The notes under the pieces are model-generated. The model searched no databases, was not told the origin of the DNA, and saw nothing but the letters and a program-made list of their open reading frames with translations. From contig CP075495.1 of NCBI GenBank assembly GCA_021613535.1, positions 9,982,001-10,046,000 of the forward strand: a stretch of DNA of 64,000 nt. Reading direction: 5' to 3'. The position numbers and the translations under genes are program-made. Shown here piece after piece: positions 39,302 to 53,675 of the stretch; position 1 is the first letter of the stretch, and each line of letters opens with the position of its first letter. This stretch comes from Adineta vaga (taxonomy: Eukaryota; Animalia; Rotifera).

Positions 39302-40774
39302 TTATAAAGAAGATTTTTAAAAGAGAAAAAGTCGTGATGAATAGATGAGGATCGTTATTTCGTATTGAACATATGCATGTTTCTATAAAAGAACTAATGC
39401 TGTTCAGTGTGATATTCGATTGTTTGTTTCTATTCGAATAGAAAAGAGAAAGAGAAAGAGAGAGAAAGAAAGGAAGAAAGAGAGGAAGAGAGAAATAATG
39501 AAACTATATATATATTAGTCAGTCAGGTATGATCGACTGACTATTACAGAAAAAAAAAGATGCCTATGATTCTTACATGTCAAATAATCTTTTTCACATA
39601 TATTTTTCCAAAATTTTGTCTGCTAAATTATTTCTTAATTGAAAATCATTTCTGAGATAGTTTAATAATACTGAAGGAAACAAGAAAACTTTTATATTCA
39701 TCGAATATAAACAACTGAAGCGTGCGTATGCTCATATAATAAGAGGCATTTTCAATAAATATGCTGCTTTTCTGTTCTATCATAGTTAGACCTTTAGTGA
39801 AGATCCTTATATTGATATATTGTAACTATATAGATGTTGAGTCCTAAATTTCAATGATTTGTTAGTCAGTCAAAAACATTCATGAGAGGAGATTTCGTCA
39901 ATAATCTCCCTAAATCTTCTTTTTTATGGTCAAATCGTGAACTATAAATTTGGCATTCAACAGTGAATGTCGTTTTCTTTCTTTTACATACCTCTTGATC
40001 TCACTATTTCTCTATAGATTTTTTCTCTCGCTATCACTCGTGTTCTATATAATCAATTAATGAAGGTATGATGTGTCAAGAAACACATTATCCAGACAAG
40101 AAAAAACTGAATCAAAGATATTTCGAATGAGTTACGTCATTTTTGCGTCATGATATCGAGATCATATCCATTCAACGTAATAAACTCAATGGAACTGAAA
40201 ATAAGATGATGATCACCAATCTTATTAACATTCGCCATCCTGGTTCACACAACACGTTAGCTTTTTTTCTTCATGCCCTTTTTCTCTCTATCTCTGAATT
40301 CACTTTTTCTGTACAGTCAGTCACTTACGATCTGTAACGAAAAGAAGTCGAATTGTGAGACAGACATACAGAAGTGTCGTTTGGTCATTTATATTAGCGA
40401 GTAGTCACTGAACCTTGTACATGAGTGTTTTCTATCAAAAATGGCCCTATTGTGTACTTTTCTACAATTAGACTATGTAGATGACAAATTATTTTATGTA
40501 TCGTATTGATTCTAGTCGTCAAAATCAGGAGATATTATATTATTTATGATCCGCTGATTTTAACTAAAGTCACGTCATCATTTTCTTCTAACTCTACAGC
40601 ATATACTACTAGAACATTTAATTTAATTTCAATGAAGTATCAGAGCGAATTTCTATCATCTAGTCAATATAAAATAACAAGGTATACAATGATTTATTTA
40701 TCGTATTTATTTAAAAGAGGAAAAAACAGGATGAAGCAGGAAGAAGAAGTAAAATCAAAATTAACATGTATAGT

Positions 40775-41239
40775 TTATTTTCCATGAATCTTTGTTTTTC
40801 TAATAAGATCCGAATAATCATCCATTTTATTTGTTTCAAAAAACTTATCAAGTTCTAATATAATACGTTGTTTAACATCAGATGATGGTGTATGAACTGA
40901 ATTTTGATTCGATGATAAACAATCTTTATCGTCGGATTTACAATTTTTATGATAAATAATTTGTCTTAATAATTGTTCATTATTACCATTAATTTCATGA
41001 TCAAATGTTCTAACATTTTCTAAAACCATTTCGATTGCATCATCAGAAATAAATGCTCTTGCTTGTCTAACATGAATAAGAACATTAAGAAGAGAATGTA
41101 CCATTGGATTTAGAGATGATGGTGCTGTATAATCATTAAGAGCTAATTCAGCTTTTCGATATGTTGATGGAACAGGTACTGAATCGACGATGGAAAACCA
41201 TCCGAAAATGGTTAGAAGAATGATAAGTCGAAGAAACAT
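40775..41239 (-). CDS. Secreted orphan protein, 154 aa, intronless
   Basis: ATG start; signal peptide MFLRLIILLTIFGWFSIVDS-VP; helical-looking body with one Cys pair; TATA and Inr upstream. Confidence 0.7.
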   Translation of the reverse strand: MFLRLIILLTIFGWFSIVDSVPVPSTYRKAELALNDYTAPSSLNPMVHSLLNVLIHVRQARAFISDDAIEMVLENVRTFDHEINGNNEQLLRQIIYHKNCKSDDKDCLSSNQNSVHTPSSDVKQRIILELDKFFETNKMDDYSDLIRKTKIHGK

Positions 41240-41284
41240 TGAGAAGTTATATTTTTTACTTTGTTATGTAGAAGGAAAAGTAGT

Positions 41285-41319
41285 ACTGACAAAATAAAAA
41301 CAGCACTGGCTTTTATATA
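41285..41319 (-). promoter_or_regulatory. TATA box plus TCAGT initiator of the secreted orphan gene
   Basis: Minus-strand TATATAAAA at 41319-41311 and TCAGT at 41289-41285, about 30 nt apart and about 45 nt upstream of the ATG. Confidence 0.6.
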
Positions 41320-41882
41320 GGTAGCAAACTATTTTATTTATCAGGTTTTTCTACTCTGTATGATGAAAAAAACAAAGAGCGATGTAATATTCTTTATTGC
41401 TTCAAAACAATTCATTGTTGATGTAGGCGGATATAGAATGCAATGGACTGTTTGATGTTAAATGCATTTCTTCTCCACAAAAAATCATTCCGTTTTCTCT
41501 TCAATAAATTATTATTTTAAAGTAGAAAAAGAAGCATGTTTTTTAAAAAACAGTACCAATCTATTATATATACGACTTGAAAAAGACTTATCATAAAATT
41601 TTAATTCGTGATAAATTGTTCGAATACGTCTAATACTATCGTTGCGGAAAATCATTGATTCTATCATACTTATCGTGTGAACTTATATAAAGAATATATT
41701 TCTACTGTTTTAATTTTCTCTAAGTAGATACTCATTGTGATCATTAATTTTAATATCAGTAGTCAAAATCGACTCTTCTTTCTCTGTTTAGTAACATAAT
41801 AGATAATTGAAGAATTATTTCGCGGTTATTATTTATTCGAAAATATCATTTCAAATTTCATGTCTAATCTTGACGTACTACG

Positions 41883-42203
41883 ATGTCGACAAGTTTCATT
41901 CAAGATAGCGAATATAAAGATAATTTAACTCTGAAAATATTTTTGTCATGGTGGATACAATATTTGATTATATGTTTTCTTATTGTTTTTCTTCTTCTTT
42001 GTTGTTGTTGGAAGTATTGTTTTCAATACTGGAAACGGCGAACGAGCAATGACGACATTCAGCAAACATTAGGAACATCAGCAGTAGATAGAACTAGACG
42101 AGTACCATTACAAACGTTGAAATCAAAACGTATAAAATCCACCCACAGAATAAGAAAGAAAAAACCGTCCATGTTATCATTAACAAGTGCTACTGATGTA
42201 TGA
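41883..42203 (+). CDS. Small single-pass membrane protein with juxtamembrane Cys cluster and basic tail
   Basis: TM segment WWIQYLIICFLIVFLLL followed by CCCWKYC and KRR; AATAAA right after the stop. Confidence 0.5.
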   Translation: MSTSFIQDSEYKDNLTLKIFLSWWIQYLIICFLIVFLLLCCCWKYCFQYWKRRTSNDDIQQTLGTSAVDRTRRVPLQTLKSKRIKSTHRIRKKKPSMLSLTSATDV

Positions 42204-42720
42204 AAATAAATCATTTCTTTCACAAATAGATGAGCAATGAATGAATGATTCCTTTGTTTTAGTCACAACGAACAAAAACAATAAATTCATCGACACAATC
42301 ATCATCATCAATCAAAATCTCAGTGATCATTACCAAAGAAAATGTAAGATCTACTGAAAATATTCAATACCTTGTTTTCCTATCATATCTTTATAAATAT
42401 ATAGGACGAAGCAGAACGATAACAAACATGTAAATAATCCCTTCTAAATTTATACATTAATATGGAAGTGTACATTATGAGACTCATCAATCATCATCAA
42501 ATATTTCGCTACTAACTATTAATAAGATCGAAAAATTTCGAACTACTTTCCTGACGTTGATTTTCGTTAATTATTATTATTTATTATAATACACATGTTT
42601 CATTAAATCACTTTTATTTTCGTTAAAGTACTTTTTGAAAAAACGGACAGACAACAGAATCAAAAAAAAATCACAACTTATCTTTTTTGGGCAAATAAAA
42701 ACGAACTAACAAACATCTTC

Positions 42721-45235
42721 TCAATCAGCAGCAGCAACAACAACCGTCGATTGCTTCGTGAAATATGTAGCAAGATCATCGGAAGGTAGACAAACTTCAT
42801 TGATTGCCGGTCGATTGTATTTCTTTCGTTTATAAATTAATTTCCAATAAGTCATATGGATATATTTTGCTAATTTGCAATATTTATTTATGCTTGCTTC
42901 TTTTGTTAATAACCATTGACGCATGGTAGCATTTTTACCTAAAATTTCATCAGCTAAGCGAAGATTTTCACTGAGTGATCGTTCAGTTACATCCGATAAC
43001 TAAAATAAAGAAGAGAAATCCTCTATGCAATCTATAGGATGTTTATTTATTGATAAAGAAAATTCAGTTTAGATTTATCTTTCTATATTTTCTATTTTAC
43101 CGTGTATTTATTTGCTGGTGGCCGTCGAAACCATAAATATTCATTATAAGCTGTTTCATTATTCGATAGATAATTTAGATGATCAGCTAATTCTTTAACT
43201 GTTTTATAATCGTAAATATTAATATATGAATGATATGGAGCAAATCGTCTATAATCAGGTTTATTATCTCGACTAGCAACGATGGGGATAGCTGTCGATG
43301 ATAAACCATCAATTAATTTTTCTGTAACATAATCTTCGCAATTCGAATTTTCAATTGATATAACAAATTTATACGATGCATATAATTCAGCATTCGACTG
43401 GGCACGTGCTTGTGCTTGAGCAGATTGTGCATTATTAAGACAACTACCATATGAATCAATACGAATATGAGTCATCAATTGTTGAACTAGTATTTGACGA
43501 CCATTATATGCATTACTTAAAACAAAATATCAATGAATACATTTTCAAAGAAAACTTTCGAACTTACCAATTAGATATAATCCATACAATTGGAGCAGAT
43601 GTAGTTTTTTTGGAAAATGGTACACGAACAGGTGCGAAAAGTTTATCCAAATAGGCTTTGATATCAAAATATGTGGCTGGTTCAGGATATGAACGTTCGA
43701 GATTATACCACATGGGGAAATCAATTTCATGCCAATCTCGACCACCGGATGAATGTACTTCACTTTCAAGAACATAAACTGTTGAATATTGTTGTCGTTT
43801 ATCACTACGTTCTAATCTTGGTAGAGTATTTGATGGCATATGAATGGAATGATATGAAATAAGATCAGCTTCTTTTAAACGTGATTGATCATCGGTCCAT
43901 CGAACAATAAGATTTGATAAACGTGCACAACGTTCTACCAGATGTGAACGAAGAGCATCGTTTGTTACTGTTTCAAATTTAGATATACATTGATCATGAG
44001 TGACAGATGAAAAATCACCTACAAAACATAAAATTCAATCATTACCATTAATGAAATGATTATACATGCAATCTATATCGTTTACATTTATTAAAGTTTT
44101 AGATTGATCAGTTTATAACTAATTTTGAGTAGTGCGAATAATTCTGCATTGTATATCAGAACGCAAAAGATAGACTGTCGTCTGCTCTTCATTGTCTACT
44201 TATTAATGCGTTAAGTATTTATGTACTTCTGTGCGAGTTTTCTTTCTTTCTGGCCCGATGTATGCACATAAAGTTTTCATTTTGTGACGCGCTAGTCTCA
44301 CAAACTGTAGAAAAGAAATAAAATGACGCAAACGTGAAACGAAAATATTGAGACTCAACTAAGAATATCTGTTATCCGACATTTGGTTATAACATTCGAT
44401 TTGTATACAGAATGTCCAGAAAAAAGACGAAATTGACTTTCAGCTTTTTGAGATAATTAAAAGCAAGTTGTCAAGAAGCAAAGTTAGGCACGAATTTCGT
44501 TCATCAAATGTTTTACAGTTGAAAGAACACTTGATGTTCCATGATCAGACTTGTCAAAATGCATTCCTATTTAACCATCAAGTGTAAATCCTTTTTTGAT
44601 ACAAAATCTATTTCTAGCATAGAATATATCCGTTTATCTAATGGTTACAAAAAGTCACACTACTCTCGCGATGCTGAAAAGCAACAACTTCTTTTTTGTT
44701 CGTCTATATTTATTCCATTCGATCAGTTCATTCAATTTATTATAATAGTTTTCTTTTCTTTTCTTGCATACAAATGATAGAAAACATTAGTTTATGATTA
44801 TATCAATACAGCTGATGCCTTTTATGACAAAGAGATTGAATCAGTGGTAACAGATGTATCTGTTATAAATATCGACAGTAGTCTCAATTTCAATTTTGGC
44901 TTAGCCACATCGATTCTACTGTTGATAAATATTTACTTACATTTAATTGGATCTTGTTCTCGAAAGATATGTTGATGACCTGTCCAATCCAAGATAAGAA
45001 ATTCATTAGTAGTTTTAAGATTAAAAGATGGTTTATCAACGACTAGATTATTTTGTTTAGGAATATTTTCATAATTATCATGACGATGTTGACGCTGATG
45101 TTGATGTTGATGTTGTGATGGTTCGTCTTCTAGATTATTTTGATGTTGTAAATAGAGTTGACCGAGAAAATAAAGATTGAGTACAATCACACCAACAATT
45201 AAATAGAATACGAGACACTTGAGCGACGTTCGCAT
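42721..45235 (-). CDS. Alpha-1,3/4-fucosyltransferase (GT10), type II membrane protein, about 4 exons
   Basis: N-terminal TM; YVLESEVHS; WIISN; IDSYGSCL; GT10 motif YKFVISIENSNCEDYVTEKL; YNEYLWFR. Confidence 0.92.
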
Positions 45236-46422
45236 CGGAGAATTCAATTGCTAATGTTCGTCTTTTCATACCGCTCTAACCCAAATCTCCATAATAATCT
45301 AAAATAAGATCAAAAGAAGAAATATATAACATGATTTCTTTGTTCAATCGTCAACATTTCAAGCTTTTTTTTTCGTCCTAAATGATGTTTTTATCAAGCT
45401 CGACATATATTGTTCTTCTTTCTCTAACGAACACACTTCATTGTTTAGAAAGAGTATGCTCGTCAATGTGTTCTTTGTTCTCTTTTTTTCTCAAGCATTT
45501 AGTTCTTTTAACGATCGGCGTTATTGTGTTCCGATCGGAGAGAATACAGCCATACATACTTTTGTTCATTCCTTCAGGACTTTCTTTGATAGAATAGTTG
45601 AGAAAGGAACTAGTATTGAAAATTTGTCCAAGCATTTATATGAGTAGAGAAAATCTTCTGAAAATGATCTATAATATGATCTAATAAGCACTTAATACGG
45701 TCTTAAAACTAGTTTTATTGATTCATGCAAGAGAAGAAAAGAAAAGAAAATGAACAGTTTTACGAGTCTATTACGCGTGTAAGGGAAAAAAAATTTGGGA
45801 ATAGACTTGTCCTTGCATGTTGGAGCATCTGCCTACAGCTACAATATTCCTAATCTCTGATGAAAAAGGAGAAATATCATTCCTTCCAACGGAAGTTAAT
45901 AATGATGTCTAATTCTATCCGAGAGTAAAATTATGCTATAATGTTACTATTCTATTCCTTATATAGAATGTATTACTGAAACAATCGATATATATATATA
46001 TATATATTGAAGTGATTTGGACGTATTCATGATGATTTAATCGACAACAGACTACAAATATGAAGTACTTAGAACGATTGTTTTTTGTTCGTAAAATATA
46101 CTTTTAAATGAGTCATAGATAAATATTTTGCTTTTTGTATAGGAAAACGTTGATTAATTATAATATAATACCTTTTTCTGTCAATAAAATTGTATTGAAA
46201 AACGAAAAAAAAAATTTTTGAAGATCTTTGTGTTCATGTCATGAGGAGAGATCGTATTTCTATCGACAACTATTGGCCAACAACAAAGAAGTACACTTTT
46301 TTCATTAATGGCTGACCTCTATTCTATAATACTATTGGTCGATTTTCAATGCGAATTATTTGACATGAGAAAAAAAATGATTTCATTCTTAAATCAAAAC
46401 AACAGAGTAATTCAAACAAAAA

Positions 46423-47923
46423 ATGCAGTCATTTCATTTCAAACATACTTTTCTCTTATCTTTTTTCTTTATCTGCATTTTTCAACACTCAGGTTTGACA
46501 ATCATTTTGCACTAAAAAACCTTCTTATGTTTCTTTTTTTTTACATATTCATTAGACAGTGAAAGATTAACTGCTAATAATCATGTATTTCTATTCGATC
46601 CTCCAACTTTAACTGTTGCTGTTGGTGATAGTACAACAACTACGATTCAATTAGTGTAAGAGAAATTTTCTTAGTTTTTACTTCATTCTATTTTCTTTTC
46701 AATTGTATTAGAACTGAACAAGATGAATCGACAAATGTTTCGTTTGTTTATGGAATTGATCGAAGTTCATCAACAGATTACATTAAACCATTGAAATCGG
46801 TGAATTTTCGTCGACATTCTACTCCCATGCAAATTGTTTTACAAATAACTGGTCTTCGTCCTGGTCATTTACTTGTTGGTTGTAATGCAACACCGATCAT
46901 CAATAATAATTTAACAGAACGCGATTTTCTTCGTATTGATATTGCACGAAGTAAAAAATTGAATCATTTCATTAATGTTGTTGGTTGGCTTTATTTTGCT
47001 GCTTGGTCCTGTTCATTTTATCCACAAATTGTTTTAAATATACGACGACAAAGGTAAATAGAGGAAAATGTAAACGAAAAATGCACGTTATTCTTGTGTC
47101 TTTTATTTTCAGTGTTGTCGGATTGCATTTTGATTTCTTAGCACTTAATCTATTGGGATTTTTTTGTTATTCAGTTTATAACATTGCCATGTATTCATGG
47201 ATAGATGTTCAGGTTTGTTTATTTCAAAATGAACTATGAAGACACAAAGAAAGAATTTATATATTTTAGGATAGTTATCGAAAATCACATCCACATGGTG
47301 TTATTCCTGTATTAATCAACGATGTTGTCTTTGGTTTACATGGATTTATTGTCACATTAATAACTATTTTTCAATGTCTTTTTTACGAGGTAAATCAAAT
47401 TGATTTTATCTTCATTTTTCTAACTTCATTTGTTTAGCGTTCAACACAACGTGTTTCGTACATAACATCGATTTTATTATTCTTATCTATCTTATTTCTA
47501 ACTATAACAACAATTATTACATCAGTTGGTCGTATGGATTTACTTCTATTAATCTATTTCTATTCGTATGTTAAATTAATTGTATCATGTATTAAATATA
47601 TTCCACAAATTGTATTGAATTATCGACGAAAATCAACTGAAGGCTGGTCGATTGGAAATATTTTATTAGATTTTCTCGGTGGAATACTTAGTCTTATACA
47701 AATGTTTCTACTTGCAATTAATTATAATGATTGGTCGTCAATCTTTGGTTCAATAACAAAATTTGGTTTAGGAATTATTTCCATTGGATTTGATCTGATA
47801 TTTATTGTTCAACATTATATTCTTTATAGGAATAGTAAACAACATGAAGATGGTTATCAAGTATTAGATAATAATAATGAACAACAACAACAAACAACAA
47901 CAACAACATCAGTTAATGCTTGA
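46423..47923 (+). CDS. CTNS: Cystinosin (lysosomal PQ-loop cystine transporter), about 6 exons
   Basis: Signal peptide; GWLYFAAWSCSFYPQ; SVVGLHFDF; KYIPQ..NYRRKSTEGWSIGNILLDFLGG; C-terminal GYQVL (YxxPhi) sorting motif. Confidence 0.95.
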
Positions 47924-48192
47924 ATCTCTTTTGTATTTTATGTATATTTATACAAATCTCAATCTGTTTTCTTTCTTTCTATATATGTACAGAATAAATA
48001 TACAATTTTAATTTTTTCAATCTTCTAAACATAGTTGTTGTTGATGTATAGAAAAACTGCAATAGTCATATTATTTTCGATATCTTATAATTATATTCGA
48101 ACAAAATTTCGTTAAATATCCAAAATAAAAACACCAGACAAAATATGTATTATATATATAAATTAGTGTCAATATTTGAAAATGAAATTATC

Positions 48193-48663
48193 TTAAGGAT
48201 TTGCTTCAACTGTTAATTGTATCTGATCCGAGTTTTTATACTTTTTTTTCAAAATCTCATTCCAATTTAATCCCCATCCTAAACCAGTTATTAAAGTTAT
48301 TAATAATGCAGAATAATATACAAGAACCAATCCAATATGATGTGGTGCAACCAAATAATGATGAAAGAGAAAACAAGCAAAATGAACAAAATTTGATATT
48401 GAACAAACACGAATAACTATTTGTCGAAAATTCCAATCTGATTCTTTATATAATGCAATACCACTCAATAATGATACAAGTATATCTCCATTCGCTGTTG
48501 TTCGAACCCATAATTGTGCAGCATCACGTGTAGATTGTTCAGTAATAGGAACACCAAAAACTTTTACAGTATACACTGGTATACATAAATAAATAAATAC
48601 AGATATTCCCGGCATGATACATGTTGTTAAGAAGAAAATATTTATTAAGGAAATTTTAAACAT
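48193..48663 (-). CDS. Intronless 4-TM small membrane protein of unknown function
   Basis: ATG at 48663 opens a 156-aa ORF with four hydrophobic segments; no family recognised. Confidence 0.6.
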   Translation of the reverse strand: MFKISLINIFFLTTCIMPGISVFIYLCIPVYTVKVFGVPITEQSTRDAAQLWVRTTANGDILVSLLSGIALYKESDWNFRQIVIRVCSISNFVHFACFLFHHYLVAPHHIGLVLVYYSALLITLITGLGWGLNWNEILKKKYKNSDQIQLTVEANP

Positions 48664-49316
48664 AGTCAATGAAATGTGTTGTATCTAAAATAATGTATGT
48701 CAAGAAACTGATATATAGTAATGTTGTTTTTTTGGAGAGCCGACACCTTTTTAAAAGCATCTATCTTGACTCAGATGATAAAATGTCATTATTTTATCCT
48801 AATAAGATCGCAAATAGTAACAAAAAAGATAAGAATGTCCATGACGAAAAGACAAAGTACAGATCTAGTCAAAGAACTTATTAGGACAAATGACACAAAT
48901 TAAATATAATTATCTGAGAAACATGACACAAAAAATTCATCAAAACAAATCAACAATTTTTTATTTATAATTTTTTATTCTGTATGGATTTTTATTTAAA
49001 AATTGAAAATATACCGTTGAATAATGATTTGAAAAACATCTGATCAAATTTGCTGGTTTTTTTTCGTTTGTGAATAGTATGAAAGGAAGAAATTTTCTAT
49101 CCTGTAACTACAAATACACGCTATTGAAATAAATCAACTATGAATTGTTCTATTGCATTTAAAAAATTTCATCAATATCGATAAATATATAATACAAAAA
49201 TAAATGAGAATGGTTAGAATAATTCAACCAATAAAATATTTCCTAGAAGTTAAAACGAATATATGACTCATTCATTGATTTACTAAGCTTTTACTTTATT
49301 ACATACTTTTGAAATC

Positions 49317-50430
49317 ATGACTAAAAAAGGACACGTTGATGAAAATCTAAATTCAAGTCAAAAGTCATTATCGACTGATAATTCAGAATTCCAAGCTTCA
49401 GGCACGGAAGAAAAGGATACAGAAGAAGTTATCGAAGGCACCGAAGATCAAGTAAAAATCTTTTCCAACTAATATCAATCGTATTTCCATCTCTTCAAAC
49501 CACTTTCATTGATCTAGATCCTAGAAAAAACCTTGATCAATCAAAGGATGATTCCGACGAAATCAAAAGAGAAGATAAAAAACCTAAAAGATCTCCTACT
49601 AAAAGAAACAAAAAATCAGACACAGTAAGAGATTATAAAAATTTCATCAAAACCTCAACATAATGTTTTTAGACAACTTCACCAAGAAAAGATTCTAATT
49701 TTGGAATATATGCACTTATTACTCTTGCTATTGCTATTATACTCTGGTGGTGTAGCAATCAGATGACAGATTATGATTTGAACAAAGATGATTGGCGTTC
49801 AGAAATTGATCCAGATAAAATTCTTTCCGATGATCAACGACATATAGTTCATGCTTCATTAAAATCGATTATGGATAAATCTTCTAATAAAGAAGGTGTA
49901 TCAACTTTACTCATTTTATCACCAAACGAAGAGACTGCTGTAAAAATTGCTCAATGTCTTCTTAAATCGGTGAATACTGAAAAGCATAAATATGAAGTAA
50001 ATTTTTATTATTTATATTTTTTTTGCAAAGAAAATTTAGATAAATAATCTTTCGCTTTTCTCAGGTGCCGACAGAAATCGATCTTCGTTCACATCGAGGT
50101 GGTAAATTGCAACTGGATAAGAATCTGAGATCATTACTAAGTCCAGGTGGTTCTATACGAGCTGTTCTGTTACGTCATATTGATGACCAATCGACTTCAG
50201 ATGCATTCGACCGAACTCGTCTATTATTTGCTTATTGTGATGGTGAAAATCCAGTAGTTCCACATCGATTAATCATTATGACAGCTACAAGTACTAGTCA
50301 AGATGAAAGTGAATTACGTGAAAATTTTAAAACAAGCTGGCCAAATGAACATGATTATGTCGACGCATTAATGTCTCGTATTAGTGGACATACACTTTTT
50401 GTTGAAAAAGATCAAAAATCTATTTGTTAA
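49317..50430 (+). CDS. TOR1AIP: Torsin-1A-interacting protein (LAP1/LULL1)-like, 4 exons
   Basis: Acidic/basic disordered N-terminus, one TM (GIYALITLAIAIILWW), and luminal LLFAYCDGENP and LMSRIS matching the LAP1C motifs YCDxEN and SRI (Arg finger). Confidence 0.75.
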
Positions 50431-52496
50431 GTTATTAATTTCTGTTATCTTACTATTTAAATAAAACTAAAGAAAGAGTTAGCAAAATCAAATTGATATA
50501 TATATATTTTCGTAGTTTGATTTCCTCATATCAATGAATTAGATCTTTCTTATCAAAAAGAAAAGAATGTATTCCTCTTGAGACATCAATTCAATTGTAA
50601 CTAATAAAATGTGTTTTGTTCATAGATAGAAATATGAGTTGCATATTAACGAGATATTGTTTGGAAATTAATTCACTAGATAAAAAATGAAGCATTAATA
50701 CAACAACTGCCTTAATCTAACATGTTTGAAGATACACGTAAGTTTTCGAAATAAAAATACTATAGCACAATATCGACTTATTTTTAAAATTGATTTCTAT
50801 TAAATTCATGCTATAAAATCTTCTCATGTTATAACCGTTCATTTAAACTTCTTCACTTTATTATATACACAATGGCTAATTGAACTTCTAATCGAGAGTG
50901 AAATGTCCGCTCTTTAAGAATATTTATCAGAAGAAAATCGTTTCCTCTCTCGGAAAAATGTCATTGAACTTGACCTTCATTAGAATTATTTCTCGAAGAA
51001 ATCGTAAAACTATCTGTACGAAGAAAAAATCTAATCAAGATATAGATTATTTTAACTTTTCTACAGAAAAAAAATCTTTATGTTAAATATCTCTGTCATC
51101 ATTATTTGTGTAGTTAACTTGAGACAACTTCAGAATGTTTCTATATAAGTGTTAAACTAACAATATTGATGAGGATAAAATGCACATTTTGATTACTAAC
51201 TATTATTAAAATAAACATAAACATTGCTTGAATAACAAAATTAGTTCAATTGTATAAAGGACTCATCCATTTAGTGAAAGTTACTTCTTTCCTATACTAT
51301 TGTTTCTATGTATTGATTAATTAAATCGAAGAGATGAAGCGTATTAATGATGTGTGTCATTACTGTAACCTTGTAATCATCTTTAACATTGCCCTATGAA
51401 ACCATCCGCATCTGTAAAGTAGGATAATTATCACGTTATTATATGTTCAACGATAGATCACATTGCTATTGATGTTCTTTAGTGAAGATTAATTTTCATT
51501 GAAGCTTATAAAAATTGTCTTTTTTTCGTTGAATAGTTAATCTGTTTGCTGATTATTTCTTTTCGTTATGTTAATTCAATCATGTGTATAATAGAAAGAA
51601 TACACCCTAGATCGAACTGTATGATGTCACTAAGTCTAATTGACCGTGCTCTTGTTTTCTTGACGAACAAGAAGAATAGATCGAGATAGATGATGTAAAA
51701 CAATCTACAAAGTTATCAGAGACAAGAAACTATACATCTCATGATCAATCATGATCTTAATCAGATAAGTCCATCTGTTCGTCTTTCCACGAATCATATT
51801 GAATAGATTTTTTTCTGTTGCTTTCTAACATTTTTTCTTATAGTTAAGAACACAGGTGAGCTGCGCATATATGTATGGAATAGAATTTTTCTTTTCCTTC
51901 GAAAAAAAAAGAAGAAGAAGAAGAAGTGAAAGGAAATGCTCTAATGTTATGACAATCAAATAGTAATATTCATTGTAGATCGACAAAGATTATTGTTTCT
52001 GGTTATGAAAATGATGGTTTTACTTGCTTGGTAGGTACGACTTATGCAGGATAGATGATAGCTAGAGATTGTATGATTACATTTAAATAAAGAAAACAAA
52101 AATGGATTTCAAATGGATTGAAATCAGCTCATTTATTTATTTTCGTCATATGAAATACATTTCGTGATAGAAAATAGTTCAATATATTGATTATTACAAG
52201 AAAAATTATTAGGAAAAATCGACTTTTTCATGATTCTATTCATCACAAATATGTACTTTAGCGTCAGTTATTTAAAAAGAAGAAAAAAAATAGAAAGGAG
52301 TCTTTTTCTATCTTTCATTGATCCGCTCAACGTTTCTTAGTTTTTTCTCATTATGCGCGAATAAAATTTCTGAGAGAAAATATTCCTTTTGTCTTAAACT
52401 ATCCCTTCAAGGTTTATAAGACTTTTTTTCTTTCTATTTGATCTATGCCATGTATTAAGACACTACTTTCTATCTGTATTTTTAGCGAATTCATCT

Positions 52497-53675
52497 ATGG
52501 GTCCATCTCGGAATAATTCTTCGAATGAAGTCTTTCTAAATGAATCTATCGATGAACAACAACAATCAGGACAAGGAACACTAATACCAATAATGCCTCT
52601 TTCTTCACGTTTATCACGAAAATCGTCAATATCAGCTATATTTGATGATAGTCGTCGTCGTGATGATGTTGTATTAAAACGTACACGATCAAGTATACGT
52701 CGTTTATGGTCAAAATATGATGTACCTTATGTAATTGGAGAAGAAATTCATGATGCTAAACGTACAATATGTGAAACAACATTAATTCTTGGTTCATGGT
52801 GTCTTATTATACTTTTCTTTCCATTTTCACTTTTTTTTACATTAAAAATTATTCAAGAATATGAGCGTGCAGTTATATTTCGTTTGGGTCGTTTAACAAG
52901 TAATTCTGTACGTGGTCCTGGTATGTGTTTTATTCTACAATGTATTGATACAATACATCTTGTTGATATGCGTACAGTTTCTTTCGATGTACCACCACAA
53001 GAAGTTTTAACACGTGATAGTGTAACAGTTGCTGTAGATGCTGTTGTTTATTATCGTGTTTTTAATCCAACTGTATCAGTTGCTAACGTTGAATATGCCC
53101 AAGAATCCACACGTTTACTTGCTCAAACATCATTACGAAATGTACTTGGTACACGATTGTTATCAGAATTATTATGTGATCGTGGTACTGTTTCCAAAGC
53201 CATGCGTATCTGTTTAGATGAAGCAACAGCTAATTGGGGTATTAAAGTTGAACGTGTAGAAATTAAAGATGTACGTTTACCAAAAATGTTACAACGTATT
53301 ATGGCTGCAGAAGCTGAAGCAGCACGTGAAGCACGAGCAAAAGTAAGTCTTTCAATGAATGTTTAGATTGTTCATTATTTGATTAATATTTATTTCTAGA
53401 TTATTGTTAGTGAAGGTGAATTTAAAGCATCGCGAGCACTGAAAGATGCAGCGGATATTCTTTCGCAATCTCCATGTGCAATGCAATTACGTTATTTACA
53501 AACATTAAATGGTATTGCAACTGAACAAAATTCGACAATTATTTTTCCATTACCAGTTGATTTCTCTTCATTTTTTCAAAAAGTTCCGACAGATCCAAAT
53601 TCTTTTGTCTACCTAAACCAACAACAGCATCAATTAAAACAAATAATAATAATAATAATAATAATCAGCCGATGA
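52497..53675 (+). CDS. STOM: Stomatin/MEC-2-like SPFH (band 7) protein; exons 52497-53342 and 53400-53675
   Basis: Hairpin FFPFS; EYERAVIFRLGRL; SFDVPPQEVLTRDSVTVAVDAVVYY; AAEAEAAREARAK; MQLRYLQTL..NSTIIFPLP. Confidence 0.93.
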
